DNA of 64,000 bases, from positions 501 to 64,500 of the forward strand of contig CALXVR010000005.1 of the NCBI GenBank assembly GCA_944392155.1. Direction: 5' to 3'. A model generated the notes under the pieces. That model saw nothing but the letters and a program-made list of their open reading frames with translations. It made no database searches and was not told where the DNA came from. The first letter of the stretch is position 1. Each line of letters opens with the position of its first letter. Position numbers and translations under genes: made by a program. Below, piece by piece: positions 49,258 to 58,343 of this stretch. This DNA is from an uncultured Alphaproteobacteria bacterium. GTDB taxonomy: Bacteria > Pseudomonadota > Alphaproteobacteria > RF32 > CAG-239.

Positions 49258-50106
49258 ATGCAGACGACTATATCAAAATCAGTTCAACTAAACGGCATCG
49301 GTCTTCATTCCGGCTGTAACGTCACTATGTCAATTCTTCCCGCGCCGGCCAATACGGGAATAGTTTTTCGCCGTGTTGATTTGCCGAACAAACCAGAGAT
49401 TAAGGCCTTGTATAGCAATGTTGTTAATACTCAGAATTGCACTTGCTTGGGCGATGCCGAAGGCAATTTGGTTTCCACCATTGAGCATGTAATGGCGGCT
49501 TTATATGTTAAGGGCATAGATAATGCGCTGATAGAAGTCAATAATCAGGAGCTCCCGATTATGGACGGTAGCGGTAAAATGTTTTTTGATGCCTTAAAGG
49601 AAGTTGAACTTAAGGATTTGAGCGCCCCGCGTATGTATCTCAAAGTTAAAAAGGAAGTTTCTTTTACGGATAAAAACGGCAATACGGCAAGCTTAAAACC
49701 GGCCGACAAATTTGCCGTAAATTTTGAGATAGAATTTCCGTCTCAGATTGTCGGACATCAGAAGTTTTCGGGCGAGATTACGCCGGAGGTTTTTGAACAA
49801 AAAATCGCGCCTTGCCGCACTTTTTGTGAAAAATATCAGGTAGACTATCTTCAATCCATCGGTCTGGCCAAAGGTGGCAGCTTAGATAATGCGGTGGTTT
49901 TGGATGGCGAGCAGATTTTAAACCCCGGTGGTTTTCGTGTCAAAAACGAATGTGTCAACCATAAGGTTATGGATGCCATTGGCGATTTGTTCACTTCCGG
50001 ACATCGCATTTTGGGCGAATTAACCGCTTCCAAAACCGGACATTTTCATAACAACGAGCTCTTAAAACTTTTGTTCGCTGACAAATCTAATTATGAATTG
50101 GTATAA
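49258..50106 (+). CDS. lpxC: UDP-3-O-acyl-GlcNAc deacetylase
   Basis: GIGLHSG, STIEHVMAAL, GGSLDNAVV, HKVMDAIGDL; AGGAG RBS before ATG 49258. Confidence 0.96.
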   Translation: MQTTISKSVQLNGIGLHSGCNVTMSILPAPANTGIVFRRVDLPNKPEIKALYSNVVNTQNCTCLGDAEGNLVSTIEHVMAALYVKGIDNALIEVNNQELPIMDGSGKMFFDALKEVELKDLSAPRMYLKVKKEVSFTDKNGNTASLKPADKFAVNFEIEFPSQIVGHQKFSGEITPEVFEQKIAPCRTFCEKYQVDYLQSIGLAKGGSLDNAVVLDGEQILNPGGFRVKNECVNHKVMDAIGDLFTSGHRILGELTASKTGHFHNNELLKLLFADKSNYELV

Positions 50107-50116
50107 GGATGAGAGA

Positions 50117-50863
50117 ATGAAAAAGTTAAAACTTTTTTTGGTCTGCATTTTTTGTTTGGGTTTAACGGTTGGTTGCTCTTCCACCAAAGAGGTGGAAAAG
50201 CCGCAAACCGCAGAGGAGTTGTACAATCAGGCGCATAATGACCTGGACAAGACCTCTTATAAAAAAGCCGCCGAAACTTTTGAAAAAGTTGAGCTGGAAT
50301 ATCCTTATTCCAAATGGGCGACCAAAGCCAAAATCATGGGGGCTTATGCTTATTACAAAGATCAAAAATATGATGACGCTATTTTAAGTCTGGACCGTTT
50401 CATCAAATTTCACCCCGGCAACAAAGACATCGCCTATGCTTATTATCTGAAAGCCCTTTGCTACTATGAGCAAATCACCGGTGTTGAAAAAGACCAAGAA
50501 AACACACGGCTGGCTCTGCAGGCTTTGCGTCAGGTTATCACACGTTTCCCGAATACCGAATATGCCAAAGATGCTTCGCTTAAATTGGAGCTGACTTATG
50601 ACCACTTGGCCGGTAAAGAGATGGAAGTCGGACGTTATTATCTTAAGCAGGGTAATTATCTTTCGGCTTTGAACAGATTTTCGGTTGTGGTCAATGATTA
50701 TCAGATGACCTCGCATATTGAGGAAGCTTTATATCGTCAGGTAGAGATTTATACGATTTTGGGCTTGAGCAAAGAAGCCAATCAGGCTTATCGGGTTTTG
50801 GAATATAACTATCCCAAGAGCAAATGGACCAAAGCCGCCCGCAAGGTGCTGAAAATAAAATAA
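50117..50863 (+). CDS. bamD: Outer membrane assembly lipoprotein BamD
   Basis: Lipobox TVGC, YPYSKWA, DHLAGKEMEVGRYY; lpxC-bamD-recN order. Confidence 0.93.
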   Translation: MKKLKLFLVCIFCLGLTVGCSSTKEVEKPQTAEELYNQAHNDLDKTSYKKAAETFEKVELEYPYSKWATKAKIMGAYAYYKDQKYDDAILSLDRFIKFHPGNKDIAYAYYLKALCYYEQITGVEKDQENTRLALQALRQVITRFPNTEYAKDASLKLELTYDHLAGKEMEVGRYYLKQGNYLSALNRFSVVVNDYQMTSHIEEALYRQVEIYTILGLSKEANQAYRVLEYNYPKSKWTKAARKVLKIK

Positions 50864-50871
50864 GGTAAACA

Positions 50872-52536
50872 ATGCTTCAATCTCTTTCAATTCGCAATGT
50901 GGTTTTAATAGACAAGCTGGATTTGGACTTCAAATCCGGCTTAAGCGTTTTGACGGGTGAAACCGGCGCCGGAAAATCCATTTTGTTGGATTCACTGGGC
51001 TTGGTACTTGGCAATCGGGCGGAAACTTCGCTCATTCGCCAAGGAGAGGATAAGTTGAGCGTAACCGCCACTTTTGAGGTGAAGGATAAGAATAATCCGC
51101 TTTTTGCGCTGTGTGAGGAATATGAGCTTGAGGCGGATGACGAGATAACCATCAAGAGAAGCCTGAATAAAGACGGCAAGGGCAAGATATTTTTCAACGA
51201 CCAACCCATAAGCGCCAAACTCTTAAAAGAGTTGGGCAAATATCTGGTAGAGGTTCACGGGCAGTTTGACAATCAAGGCTTGCTTAATCCCGCCAATCAT
51301 CGCGATGTCTTAGACGCTTATGCCGGATATAAAAATCTTCTGGCAGAGGTAAAGGAAAAATTTGCAAACTACAAAAAAGCCAAAGCCGCAAGGTTAGAGG
51401 CGGAGAATAACGTTGCCAAAGCCAAAAGCGATGAAGATGCCTTGCGCCATTGGGTAGATGAGCTGGAAAAACTAAACCCCGAAAAAGGCGAAGAGGAAAG
51501 CCTGAGCAAAAAGCGTCTGGAGATGATGAACGCCGAAAAAATCATTGAGAGCTTAAGCTATGCTTACGGAGCTCTGACCCAAGGCGCGGATGTGCAGTCA
51601 GCCATACGTCAGGCGCAATCAGCCATGGACAAGGCTAATAGCTTGGTAGAAGGTAAATATGACGACATTGTCAATATGCTGGAGCAGGCTTTGATAGATG
51701 TGAACGAGGCCGTCAATGAGTTGGAGGAGGCTTCGCAAAACGTGAGCTTAAACCAAAACGAGCTGGAAAATATTGAGAGCCGCTTGTTTGCTTTAAGAGG
51801 TTTGGCGCGCAAACATCAAACCACCATTGATGACTTGCCGGATGTTTTGGCAGATTTTAAGCAGAAATTGGCAACCATAGAGTTAGGCGAGGAGGGTATA
51901 AACGAACTCCGTCGCGCCGAAGAACAAGCTAAGACAGATTATATCAAGTCGGCAACGGAATTAAGCTCGCGCCGCAAGGCTGCGGCATTGCAGCTGGACA
52001 ATCAGGTTATGGCTGAGTTGCCGCCGTTGAAAATGGAAAAAGCTCGCTTTGTAACCATTGTTGAAAAATTAGACGAGAGCGCTTGGAACGAGAGCGGTTT
52101 TGACAATGTTTATTTCACGGTTGCCACCAACCCGAACTCGCCGCAAGGTCCGATTAACAAAATAGCCTCAGGCGGTGAGCTGGCCAGATTTATGTTGGCC
52201 TTAAAGGTTAACTTGGCACAAAGCTCATCTGTTTCTACCATGATTTTTGATGAGGTTGATGCCGGTGTCGGCGGAGCCACGGCTCAGGCAGTGGGCGAAA
52301 GGTTGGCCCGCTTGGCGCATGATGTTCAGGTCTTGGTTGTAACCCATTCTCCGCAAGTCGCCTCACGCGGCAATCATCATTTTAAGGTGGAGAAAAATAC
52401 GGTCGAGAACATAACCACCACCAAAGTTCGTGAGTTAAACGACATTGAACGGCATGAGGAAATCGCCCGTATGCTTGCCGGAGAAAAAATCACCGATGAA
52501 GCAAGAGCGGCAGCCAGAGTTTTAATCGGGGCATAG
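50872..52536 (+). CDS. recN: DNA repair protein RecN
   Basis: TGETGAGKS, EVHGQ, ASGGELARFMLALK, FDEVDAG. Confidence 0.96.
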   Translation: MLQSLSIRNVVLIDKLDLDFKSGLSVLTGETGAGKSILLDSLGLVLGNRAETSLIRQGEDKLSVTATFEVKDKNNPLFALCEEYELEADDEITIKRSLNKDGKGKIFFNDQPISAKLLKELGKYLVEVHGQFDNQGLLNPANHRDVLDAYAGYKNLLAEVKEKFANYKKAKAARLEAENNVAKAKSDEDALRHWVDELEKLNPEKGEEESLSKKRLEMMNAEKIIESLSYAYGALTQGADVQSAIRQAQSAMDKANSLVEGKYDDIVNMLEQALIDVNEAVNELEEASQNVSLNQNELENIESRLFALRGLARKHQTTIDDLPDVLADFKQKLATIELGEEGINELRRAEEQAKTDYIKSATELSSRRKAAALQLDNQVMAELPPLKMEKARFVTIVEKLDESAWNESGFDNVYFTVATNPNSPQGPINKIASGGELARFMLALKVNLAQSSSVSTMIFDEVDAGVGGATAQAVGERLARLAHDVQVLVVTHSPQVASRGNHHFKVEKNTVENITTTKVRELNDIERHEEIARMLAGEKITDEARAAARVLIGA

Positions 52537-52651
52537 CTCTTGCATTAAAGGGCAAATTGCCTTATATCAATCTCAAATATTATCATTTTATAAATAAATT
52601 TATGCTATTTTCACATTAAATTCAGATTCTTATAAGAAAGAGGAAAAGTAA

Positions 52652-53659
52652 ATGACAAAAATTGCAGTTGTCGGCGTAATGGAAAGTGTCGGCAGAGAAA
52701 TTTTGAGCTTCTTGGAAGCGGATGGTATTAAAGCTAAAGATGTTTTTGCGCTGGAACCCAAATGCCCCTTGGGAAATCAGGTATCTTACGGCGAAGATGA
52801 TGAGTTAGATGTTTTAAACTTGGATGATTTTGATTTTTCCAAGACCGATGTCGTTATTTTTACAGGCAATGCGGAGACCTCCAAACGCTTTGTAAAAAAA
52901 GCGGCGCAGCATGCCAAGGTCATAGATTGCACGGATGCTTTTTTTGCCGAGCCAGATGTCCCGATGATTATTGCCGGTTTGAATGATGAGCAGATAGCTT
53001 CCGCCAAGCACAATATTGTGTCTTTGCCTTCGGCGATGGTAACTCAAATGCTTTTGCCGATAGAAAAGGTTATCAAGAATAACAAGATAAAGCGTATTGT
53101 CGTTTCGGCATATATTTCCGCTTCGGTTTATGGCAAGGACGGAATGGATGAACTGTTCAACCAAACCCGCAAAATTTTTATGAACGAAACTTTGGTTGAT
53201 GACCAACAAGTTTTCCATAAACAAATAGCTTTTAACGTTATTCCGCAAGTCGGCGAGTTCATCGGCGAAGAGACACAATGCGAATGGTCAATGAATGCCG
53301 AAACCAAAAAGATTTTGGGCGGAGATATCAAGGTCCATGCCAACTGTGCGATTGTTCCGGCATTTATCGGCGCGGCACAGTTTGTAAATGTGGAATGCGA
53401 ACAAGATGTAGACGTAGACGCTGTTCGTAGCGATATGAAGTCAGCCAAAGGCATAGTTGTTTTTGACAAGAATGTAGAAGGCGGTTATGTCAGCTTGACT
53501 GATGTTCAGGGCGAAGACGAGATTTATGTCAGCCGCCTGCGTCAGGATGCCTCGGTTGAAAACGGTTTCAGCTTTTGGTCTGTCGCGGATAACTTGCGCG
53601 TCGGCATAGCCAAAAATGCTTTTGAGGTAATGAAACAAATCTTGGCTGAAAAGAACTAA
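52652..53659 (+). CDS. Aspartate-semialdehyde dehydrogenase homolog lacking its catalytic residues
   Basis: Full-length Asd fold (MDELFNQTR, KQIAFNVIP, ETKKIL, ADNLR) but PNC->PSA and GH->GA. Confidence 0.85.
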   Translation: MTKIAVVGVMESVGREILSFLEADGIKAKDVFALEPKCPLGNQVSYGEDDELDVLNLDDFDFSKTDVVIFTGNAETSKRFVKKAAQHAKVIDCTDAFFAEPDVPMIIAGLNDEQIASAKHNIVSLPSAMVTQMLLPIEKVIKNNKIKRIVVSAYISASVYGKDGMDELFNQTRKIFMNETLVDDQQVFHKQIAFNVIPQVGEFIGEETQCEWSMNAETKKILGGDIKVHANCAIVPAFIGAAQFVNVECEQDVDVDAVRSDMKSAKGIVVFDKNVEGGYVSLTDVQGEDEIYVSRLRQDASVENGFSFWSVADNLRVGIAKNAFEVMKQILAEKN

Positions 53660-53681
53660 ACCCTATTAAAGGAAACCTCTG

Positions 53682-56132
53682 ATGAAAAAACTGTTAAGTC
53701 TTTTACTTGTTGCTCTATTGGTTAATGTTTCCGGAGCATTTGCGGCGGACAAAACTTCGGTTGATGCCGTAACCGAACTGGTGGATGTCTACAATACACC
53801 GGAAATAAACTATCCCAAAACAAGTAAAAAACTGCAGCAGATAGAGGAAATGCTTAAAAGCGGTCAGGTTTCCATTAAGCAGATGTCTGAAGAAGTCAGC
53901 TTTTTGGATGAAACCAGAGGGAAACTTATGGTCGCCCGCAAAAGCATAGAACAAGAACTAACCTTTGTTCAAAAGAGAATAGAGGCTTTGGGAACGGCGC
54001 CGGAGGATGGCAGTCAAGAATTAAAAGTCATTGCTCAGAAAAGAGAGGAGTTTGGTAAAGAAGAAGCCTATCAAAAAGGCAAACTTGCGGAAGCAGATGT
54101 CTTGCTGACCAAAATAGATGAGTTGAATGCTCTTATTTTAGACATCCGTAACAAGGAGCTTTTGGGTAGTTTGCTAACCAAACAAACGCCGCTTTATTAT
54201 CCGAGTGTTTTGTTAGGGGCTTCCAAGCAGTTTATGGAATTTGTTTTTGACATCATACGTTCGCCTGTTTTGTGGTATGGAGAGCTAAATGCGGAGCAAC
54301 GCGAATTTGTCAAATCAAACACCATTCCGGTTGGTTTCACGGTTCTGTTTTCTTTGTGGTTTGGTATTTGGCTGCGCTTGTTCATTATGCGTCGTTTTGG
54401 CTACAAAAAGGAAGAAGAACACCCGAGATACGGTAAAAAAGTTTTTGCTGCTGTTTTTGTGGCAATCGCTTATGGCGTTATTCCATCCTCAATCATCATA
54501 GGTTTTCTGGTATGGATAATTAGTACCAAGGTTTTGACTATTGGTTTTTTTGGTCTGACATTAGCCAGCTTTTTGTATTATTCTTTGTTTGTTATTATGG
54601 CTGCTGCATTTTCGCGCGTAACTTTTGCACCATATAACGAAAAATGGCGCTTGGTAAATATCAGCAATGACAAAGCCAAACGCATAACCAAAGCCTTATA
54701 TTTCAGTGCCTATGCCATCGGTATTGCCTCATTTCTGGAGCATGTTGCTGTAACAGCCAATTATGGTTTGGAGCTAAACTATTTCATAACCGTATTATCA
54801 AGCGCTGTGAAGGCCTTCTGCATTATCTTGATTGTAAAAAGAGTCATCTGGGATGATGAGATGGTGCAAGATGATATTGCCGATGAAACATCAGAAACGG
54901 AAGAAGACGAGGGATTAAGCCCCGCATTTAAAATTACGTTTTTTGTATCATTGTTCGCAGCCGGCGTCTTCTTAATCTCAGTCATCGGATATCCGAAACT
55001 CTCGGCCTTTATCTTAGACAGATCTATTTTGACAGCCATCGTCATAGGATTTTTTATAGTTTTGCGCAAAGCTCTATCAGAGGTTATGCATCGTGTTTTG
55101 ATGTTGCGCTTTTGGGTTAAGACCTTTAAGATGCGTCGGCGTATGCTTTCCAAGATAGACTTTTGGATGAGCTTGATAATTGACCCCATGTTGGTTTTGT
55201 TGGTGGCTTTTGTATTGCTGTCGCTCTGGGGTGTCTCAACAGATTTATTGTTGCGTAGTATCAAAAAGCTGTTTTTTGGCTTTCAGGTCGGTGGTGTCAA
55301 TATATCCTTAATTGCCATAATCTTTGCTATATTGGCATTCTTTATCTCTTTGGCAGCCGTAAAAGCATTAAGAGGACGTTTGGTCAATAATGTTCTCGCA
55401 AAGATGGATATTGATGATGGTATCAAGCATTCATTGTCATCAGGTTTTAGCTTTGTAGGCTTTATTCTGGCGGCCATTATCGCCATCACTGTAATGGGCG
55501 GAAACTTATCCAATCTGGCCTTGATTGCATCAGCCTTATCCGTTGGTATCGGTTTTGGTTTGCAGAACGTAATTAACAACTTTGTATCAGGTATTATCAT
55601 TTTGTTTGAGCGTCCGTTCAAGGTAGGCGATTGGGTAATCGTAAACAATGAGGAAGGGCGAATTAAGCAGATAAACATTCGCTCAACCGAGATAGAAACT
55701 TTCAAGAAGACAAGTATTATCATACCGAATGCAACGCTGATTTCAAATTCCGTAACAAACTTGACCCACGGCAATAATTGGTCCCGTCAGTCTGTAACGG
55801 TAGGCGTTGCCTATGGTACGGATGTAGATAAGGTAAAGCAGATTTTGCTTGAGTGTGCGGCAAAATGCAAATATGTTTTGAAAAACCCCGCACCTTATGT
55901 CTTGTTTAAAGATTTTGGTCCGTCTAGCTTAGACTTTGAGGTCAGATGTTATACCAATGATATCTGGAATGGTTGGATAATCCCGAGTGATTTAAGAACT
56001 GAGATTAATAGACGTTTTATAGAAGAGGGAATAGAAATACCGTTCCAGCAGATGGTTATTCACCAAGGCGAGAAGGTTGCACCTGAGGAACAGTTCTATG
56101 CCAAAAGAAAAGTTAAGAAAGAAGAAAAGTAA
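53682..56132 (+). CDS. Large MscS-family mechanosensitive channel
   Basis: Periplasmic coiled coil, many TM helices, SALSVGIGFGLQNVINNFVSGIIILFERPFKVGDW. Confidence 0.92.
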   Translation: MKKLLSLLLVALLVNVSGAFAADKTSVDAVTELVDVYNTPEINYPKTSKKLQQIEEMLKSGQVSIKQMSEEVSFLDETRGKLMVARKSIEQELTFVQKRIEALGTAPEDGSQELKVIAQKREEFGKEEAYQKGKLAEADVLLTKIDELNALILDIRNKELLGSLLTKQTPLYYPSVLLGASKQFMEFVFDIIRSPVLWYGELNAEQREFVKSNTIPVGFTVLFSLWFGIWLRLFIMRRFGYKKEEEHPRYGKKVFAAVFVAIAYGVIPSSIIIGFLVWIISTKVLTIGFFGLTLASFLYYSLFVIMAAAFSRVTFAPYNEKWRLVNISNDKAKRITKALYFSAYAIGIASFLEHVAVTANYGLELNYFITVLSSAVKAFCIILIVKRVIWDDEMVQDDIADETSETEEDEGLSPAFKITFFVSLFAAGVFLISVIGYPKLSAFILDRSILTAIVIGFFIVLRKALSEVMHRVLMLRFWVKTFKMRRRMLSKIDFWMSLIIDPMLVLLVAFVLLSLWGVSTDLLLRSIKKLFFGFQVGGVNISLIAIIFAILAFFISLAAVKALRGRLVNNVLAKMDIDDGIKHSLSSGFSFVGFILAAIIAITVMGGNLSNLALIASALSVGIGFGLQNVINNFVSGIIILFERPFKVGDWVIVNNEEGRIKQINIRSTEIETFKKTSIIIPNATLISNSVTNLTHGNNWSRQSVTVGVAYGTDVDKVKQILLECAAKCKYVLKNPAPYVLFKDFGPSSLDFEVRCYTNDIWNGWIIPSDLRTEINRRFIEEGIEIPFQQMVIHQGEKVAPEEQFYAKRKVKKEEK

Positions 56133-56173
56133 TGCTTGCAAAATAAAAAAAGCGTGATAAAAAAGTAAGCGTT

Positions 56174-56244
<71 letters not shown>

Positions 56245-56249
<5 letters not shown>

Positions 56250-56287
56250 CTAAAAAAGCCTCCCCTGTGGAGGCTTTTTTAGTGGTG
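56245..56287 (+). terminator. 19-bp perfect inverted repeat/terminator overlapping the tRNA 3' end
   Basis: CACCACTAAAAAAGCCTCC-cctgt-GGAGGCTTTTTTAGTGGTG. Confidence 0.8.
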
Positions 56288-56325
56288 ATGATAATAAAGA
56301 CTGCTCAAACTATGTAAGACATAAG

Positions 56326-56355
56326 AAAAAAGCGGTTGAAAATCAGCCGCTTTTT
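56326..56355. terminator. Second hairpin terminator, probably ending ORF 56984
   Basis: A5-AGCGGTTGA-aaa-TCAGCCGCT-T4. Confidence 0.7.
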
Positions 56356-56375
56356 GTGTTTCTTAGTGAACCTTT

Positions 56376-56984
56376 TTAAGGGATAGTTTCAAGAAGATTA
56401 TCAACAGCTTCTGTCTGCCTTGAGTTATTTTTGTATTCATACAATGATAAAATTGCATCGTCGCAAAAATGTGATCCAAGCAGATCTACAATATCCCCTT
56501 TTTGTGTTGCAGCCAATTTGCTGACAAAATCTCCGGGAACCCTAAAGGCAACAAAACTTGTGCCAGTTCCTTTAATCAAGCAAAAATAAAAATCTTGCGG
56601 AATATAGTGCCTATTCAAAATCTCAAAAGGCATATGTATAAGCATGATCTCATCAACCGCGTAATCATATACGGCCAAATTTTTGCTCAAGTTTACATTT
56701 TTCCATTTAACGGAAAGGTTTCGGCACTTTTCAACACCCAAAACACGAGATCTCGGATATATGCTGATAAGTGTTACAAGCAATTTATCGCCTTTTTTAG
56801 CTAATAAAAAATTAGATAAATCATTCATCTTTACGGCGCATCTAAAAACCTTGTTGTCCGAGGTTAAGATGTCACAGCAAAAAGGGAATTCTTGGGTGCC
56901 ACAATATTCGCAATGAATTTTTTCAACACAAAACCGCAAATAATATACATTTTCGCTTTTGCTAAAAAAATAAATTGTTTTCAT
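56376..56984 (-). CDS. AT-rich hypothetical protein with an internal duplication
   Basis: Two ...KGD...-ending beta-rich repeats; no family recognised. Confidence 0.6.
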   Translation of the reverse strand: MKTIYFFSKSENVYYLRFCVEKIHCEYCGTQEFPFCCDILTSDNKVFRCAVKMNDLSNFLLAKKGDKLLVTLISIYPRSRVLGVEKCRNLSVKWKNVNLSKNLAVYDYAVDEIMLIHMPFEILNRHYIPQDFYFCLIKGTGTSFVAFRVPGDFVSKLAATQKGDIVDLLGSHFCDDAILSLYEYKNNSRQTEAVDNLLETIP

Positions 56985-57073
56985 AAGCGTAAAGTTTAAA
57001 ATATTAATAATAGAATTTTTTATACTTGTTTTGTATGTTATAAAATACTTTTTGTCAAATTTAATTTATTTAG

Positions 57074-57106
57074 AAAAAAAGCTCTGAAAGCCGAAGCTTT
57101 CAGAGC
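57074..57106 (-). terminator. cUUCGg-loop terminator after ORF 57699
   Basis: Minus strand GCTCTGAAAGC-TTCG-GCTTTCAGAGC-T7. Confidence 0.88.
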
Positions 57107-57120
57107 CAGGAGTTTAAACG

Positions 57121-57699
57121 TTAAGATAGGAAACATATATATAATCCGAGGCCGAGGTAAAAACCAAAGACATATTCACCCCAGTTCCACCCCTCTTTGC
57201 CTAAAGCATAATAATTTTCCAGTTTGGAGCCGAGCCAATAGCAAGGTCCCATTCCCAGCCCCCAAAACATAAAGCTTACGGATTGCGCGGCTAGCCCCAT
57301 TAAAAAAGTCAGAATAAGACCTGTCAAACAAGTTCCGATAAAACCAAATATTTTGGGATATTCACTCAGGTAGACCACATTCCCTTTGACGGAAATGCGT
57401 AGCGGCATGAGCAAATCATCAATCAATTCGCATTCCTTATCAACATTTGGGTCAACCTCTTTGCCGTTATAAATGCGTGAGGCATAAACACCCCAGCCAT
57501 AAAGCTGATAACCTGCATAAGCAGCTACAAAAGTTGTTAAGGCCAAATCAAAAGAGAAGCCTTCCGCTAAACAAATAATAATACTGAAGAAGACCGCATA
57601 CCAAATTTTGTTAAGCGGCAATTTTTTGTTGCCGAAACGTAATCCGCCGCGGACTCTCCACAGAAAGGAAGAGATAAATGTCACCAATACAATATACAT
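57121..57699 (-). CDS. Multi-pass membrane hypothetical protein
   Basis: Several TM segments, Gly/Trp-rich (LWRVRGG, GWNWGEYVFG). Confidence 0.7.
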   Translation of the reverse strand: MYIVLVTFISSFLWRVRGGLRFGNKKLPLNKIWYAVFFSIIICLAEGFSFDLALTTFVAAYAGYQLYGWGVYASRIYNGKEVDPNVDKECELIDDLLMPLRISVKGNVVYLSEYPKIFGFIGTCLTGLILTFLMGLAAQSVSFMFWGLGMGPCYWLGSKLENYYALGKEGWNWGEYVFGFYLGLGLYICFLS

Positions 57700-57933
57700 T
57701 CAGAATGTCCTTTTTTACAATTAAAGACAGAATTATGGATAGCATATAAAACTTAAGTTGTCAAGGATAAAATTCCTATTTTAGGATAAAAAGCCTTGAC
57801 AAGGATTGTTTTTTGTAGTAAGAGCAAAATATCACTAACCATAACTGTAACCAAAAAGCGGCGGATTCTTCCGCTGTTTTTTTTTGTATAACTTGGCAGG
57901 CTGTAAGGCTTGCCATTTTTTTTAGGAACAACA

Positions 57934-58140
57934 ATGCAAAAGATAATTTTAATTTTATCCGCCGCCGCTCTTGTTTGTATTTTGTTTTACAAGTTAGGGC
58001 AGGGGCGATGTCAGGTTGAAACATTAGTCAAAGAAAAGGAGGTCATCAGGTATGTTGAAAAGCAAAAGTCGGATATTTATTCTCGTCCTAATGCCAATCG
58101 GACTGAGTTGCTTGAGCTCATGCGCAACAACAAACTATAA
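57934..58140 (+). CDS. Putative i-spanin (Rz-like)
   Basis: N-terminal TM helix, charged helical periplasmic part; AGGA RBS; 3' end overlapped out of frame by a lipoprotein ORF. Confidence 0.65.
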   Translation: MQKIILILSAAALVCILFYKLGQGRCQVETLVKEKEVIRYVEKQKSDIYSRPNANRTELLELMRNNKL

Positions 58141-58279
58141 TCTATGCCCGCAATATCCCATAGCCGGAGAAAAAGTTGCTTCAGAGCTTGAGAAGATTCC
58201 CGCAAAAGACTTGGAGGCAACTTGGGAGTGGCTGGGCAGAATCAACAAGTTGCGCCAAGAACTGGAAATTTGTCGTTAA
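58052..58279 (+). CDS. Putative o-spanin (Rz1-like lipoprotein)
   Basis: Starts inside the preceding gene in the +1 frame; lipobox LSSC; CPQYP; short mature peptide. Confidence 0.7.
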   Translation: MLKSKSRIFILVLMPIGLSCLSSCATTNYNLCPQYPIAGEKVASELEKIPAKDLEATWEWLGRINKLRQELEICR

Positions 58280-58343
58280 CATTCAAGATTGAAAAAACAG
58301 TGATGATGATTATTTGTATAGCCTAGATTAAAAGGAGGAAGAT

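Noticed and set aside
57776-58024. 82-aa minus-strand ORF overlapping the spanin promoter
   Set aside because: Antisense to the i-spanin and its regulatory hairpins; no coding signal
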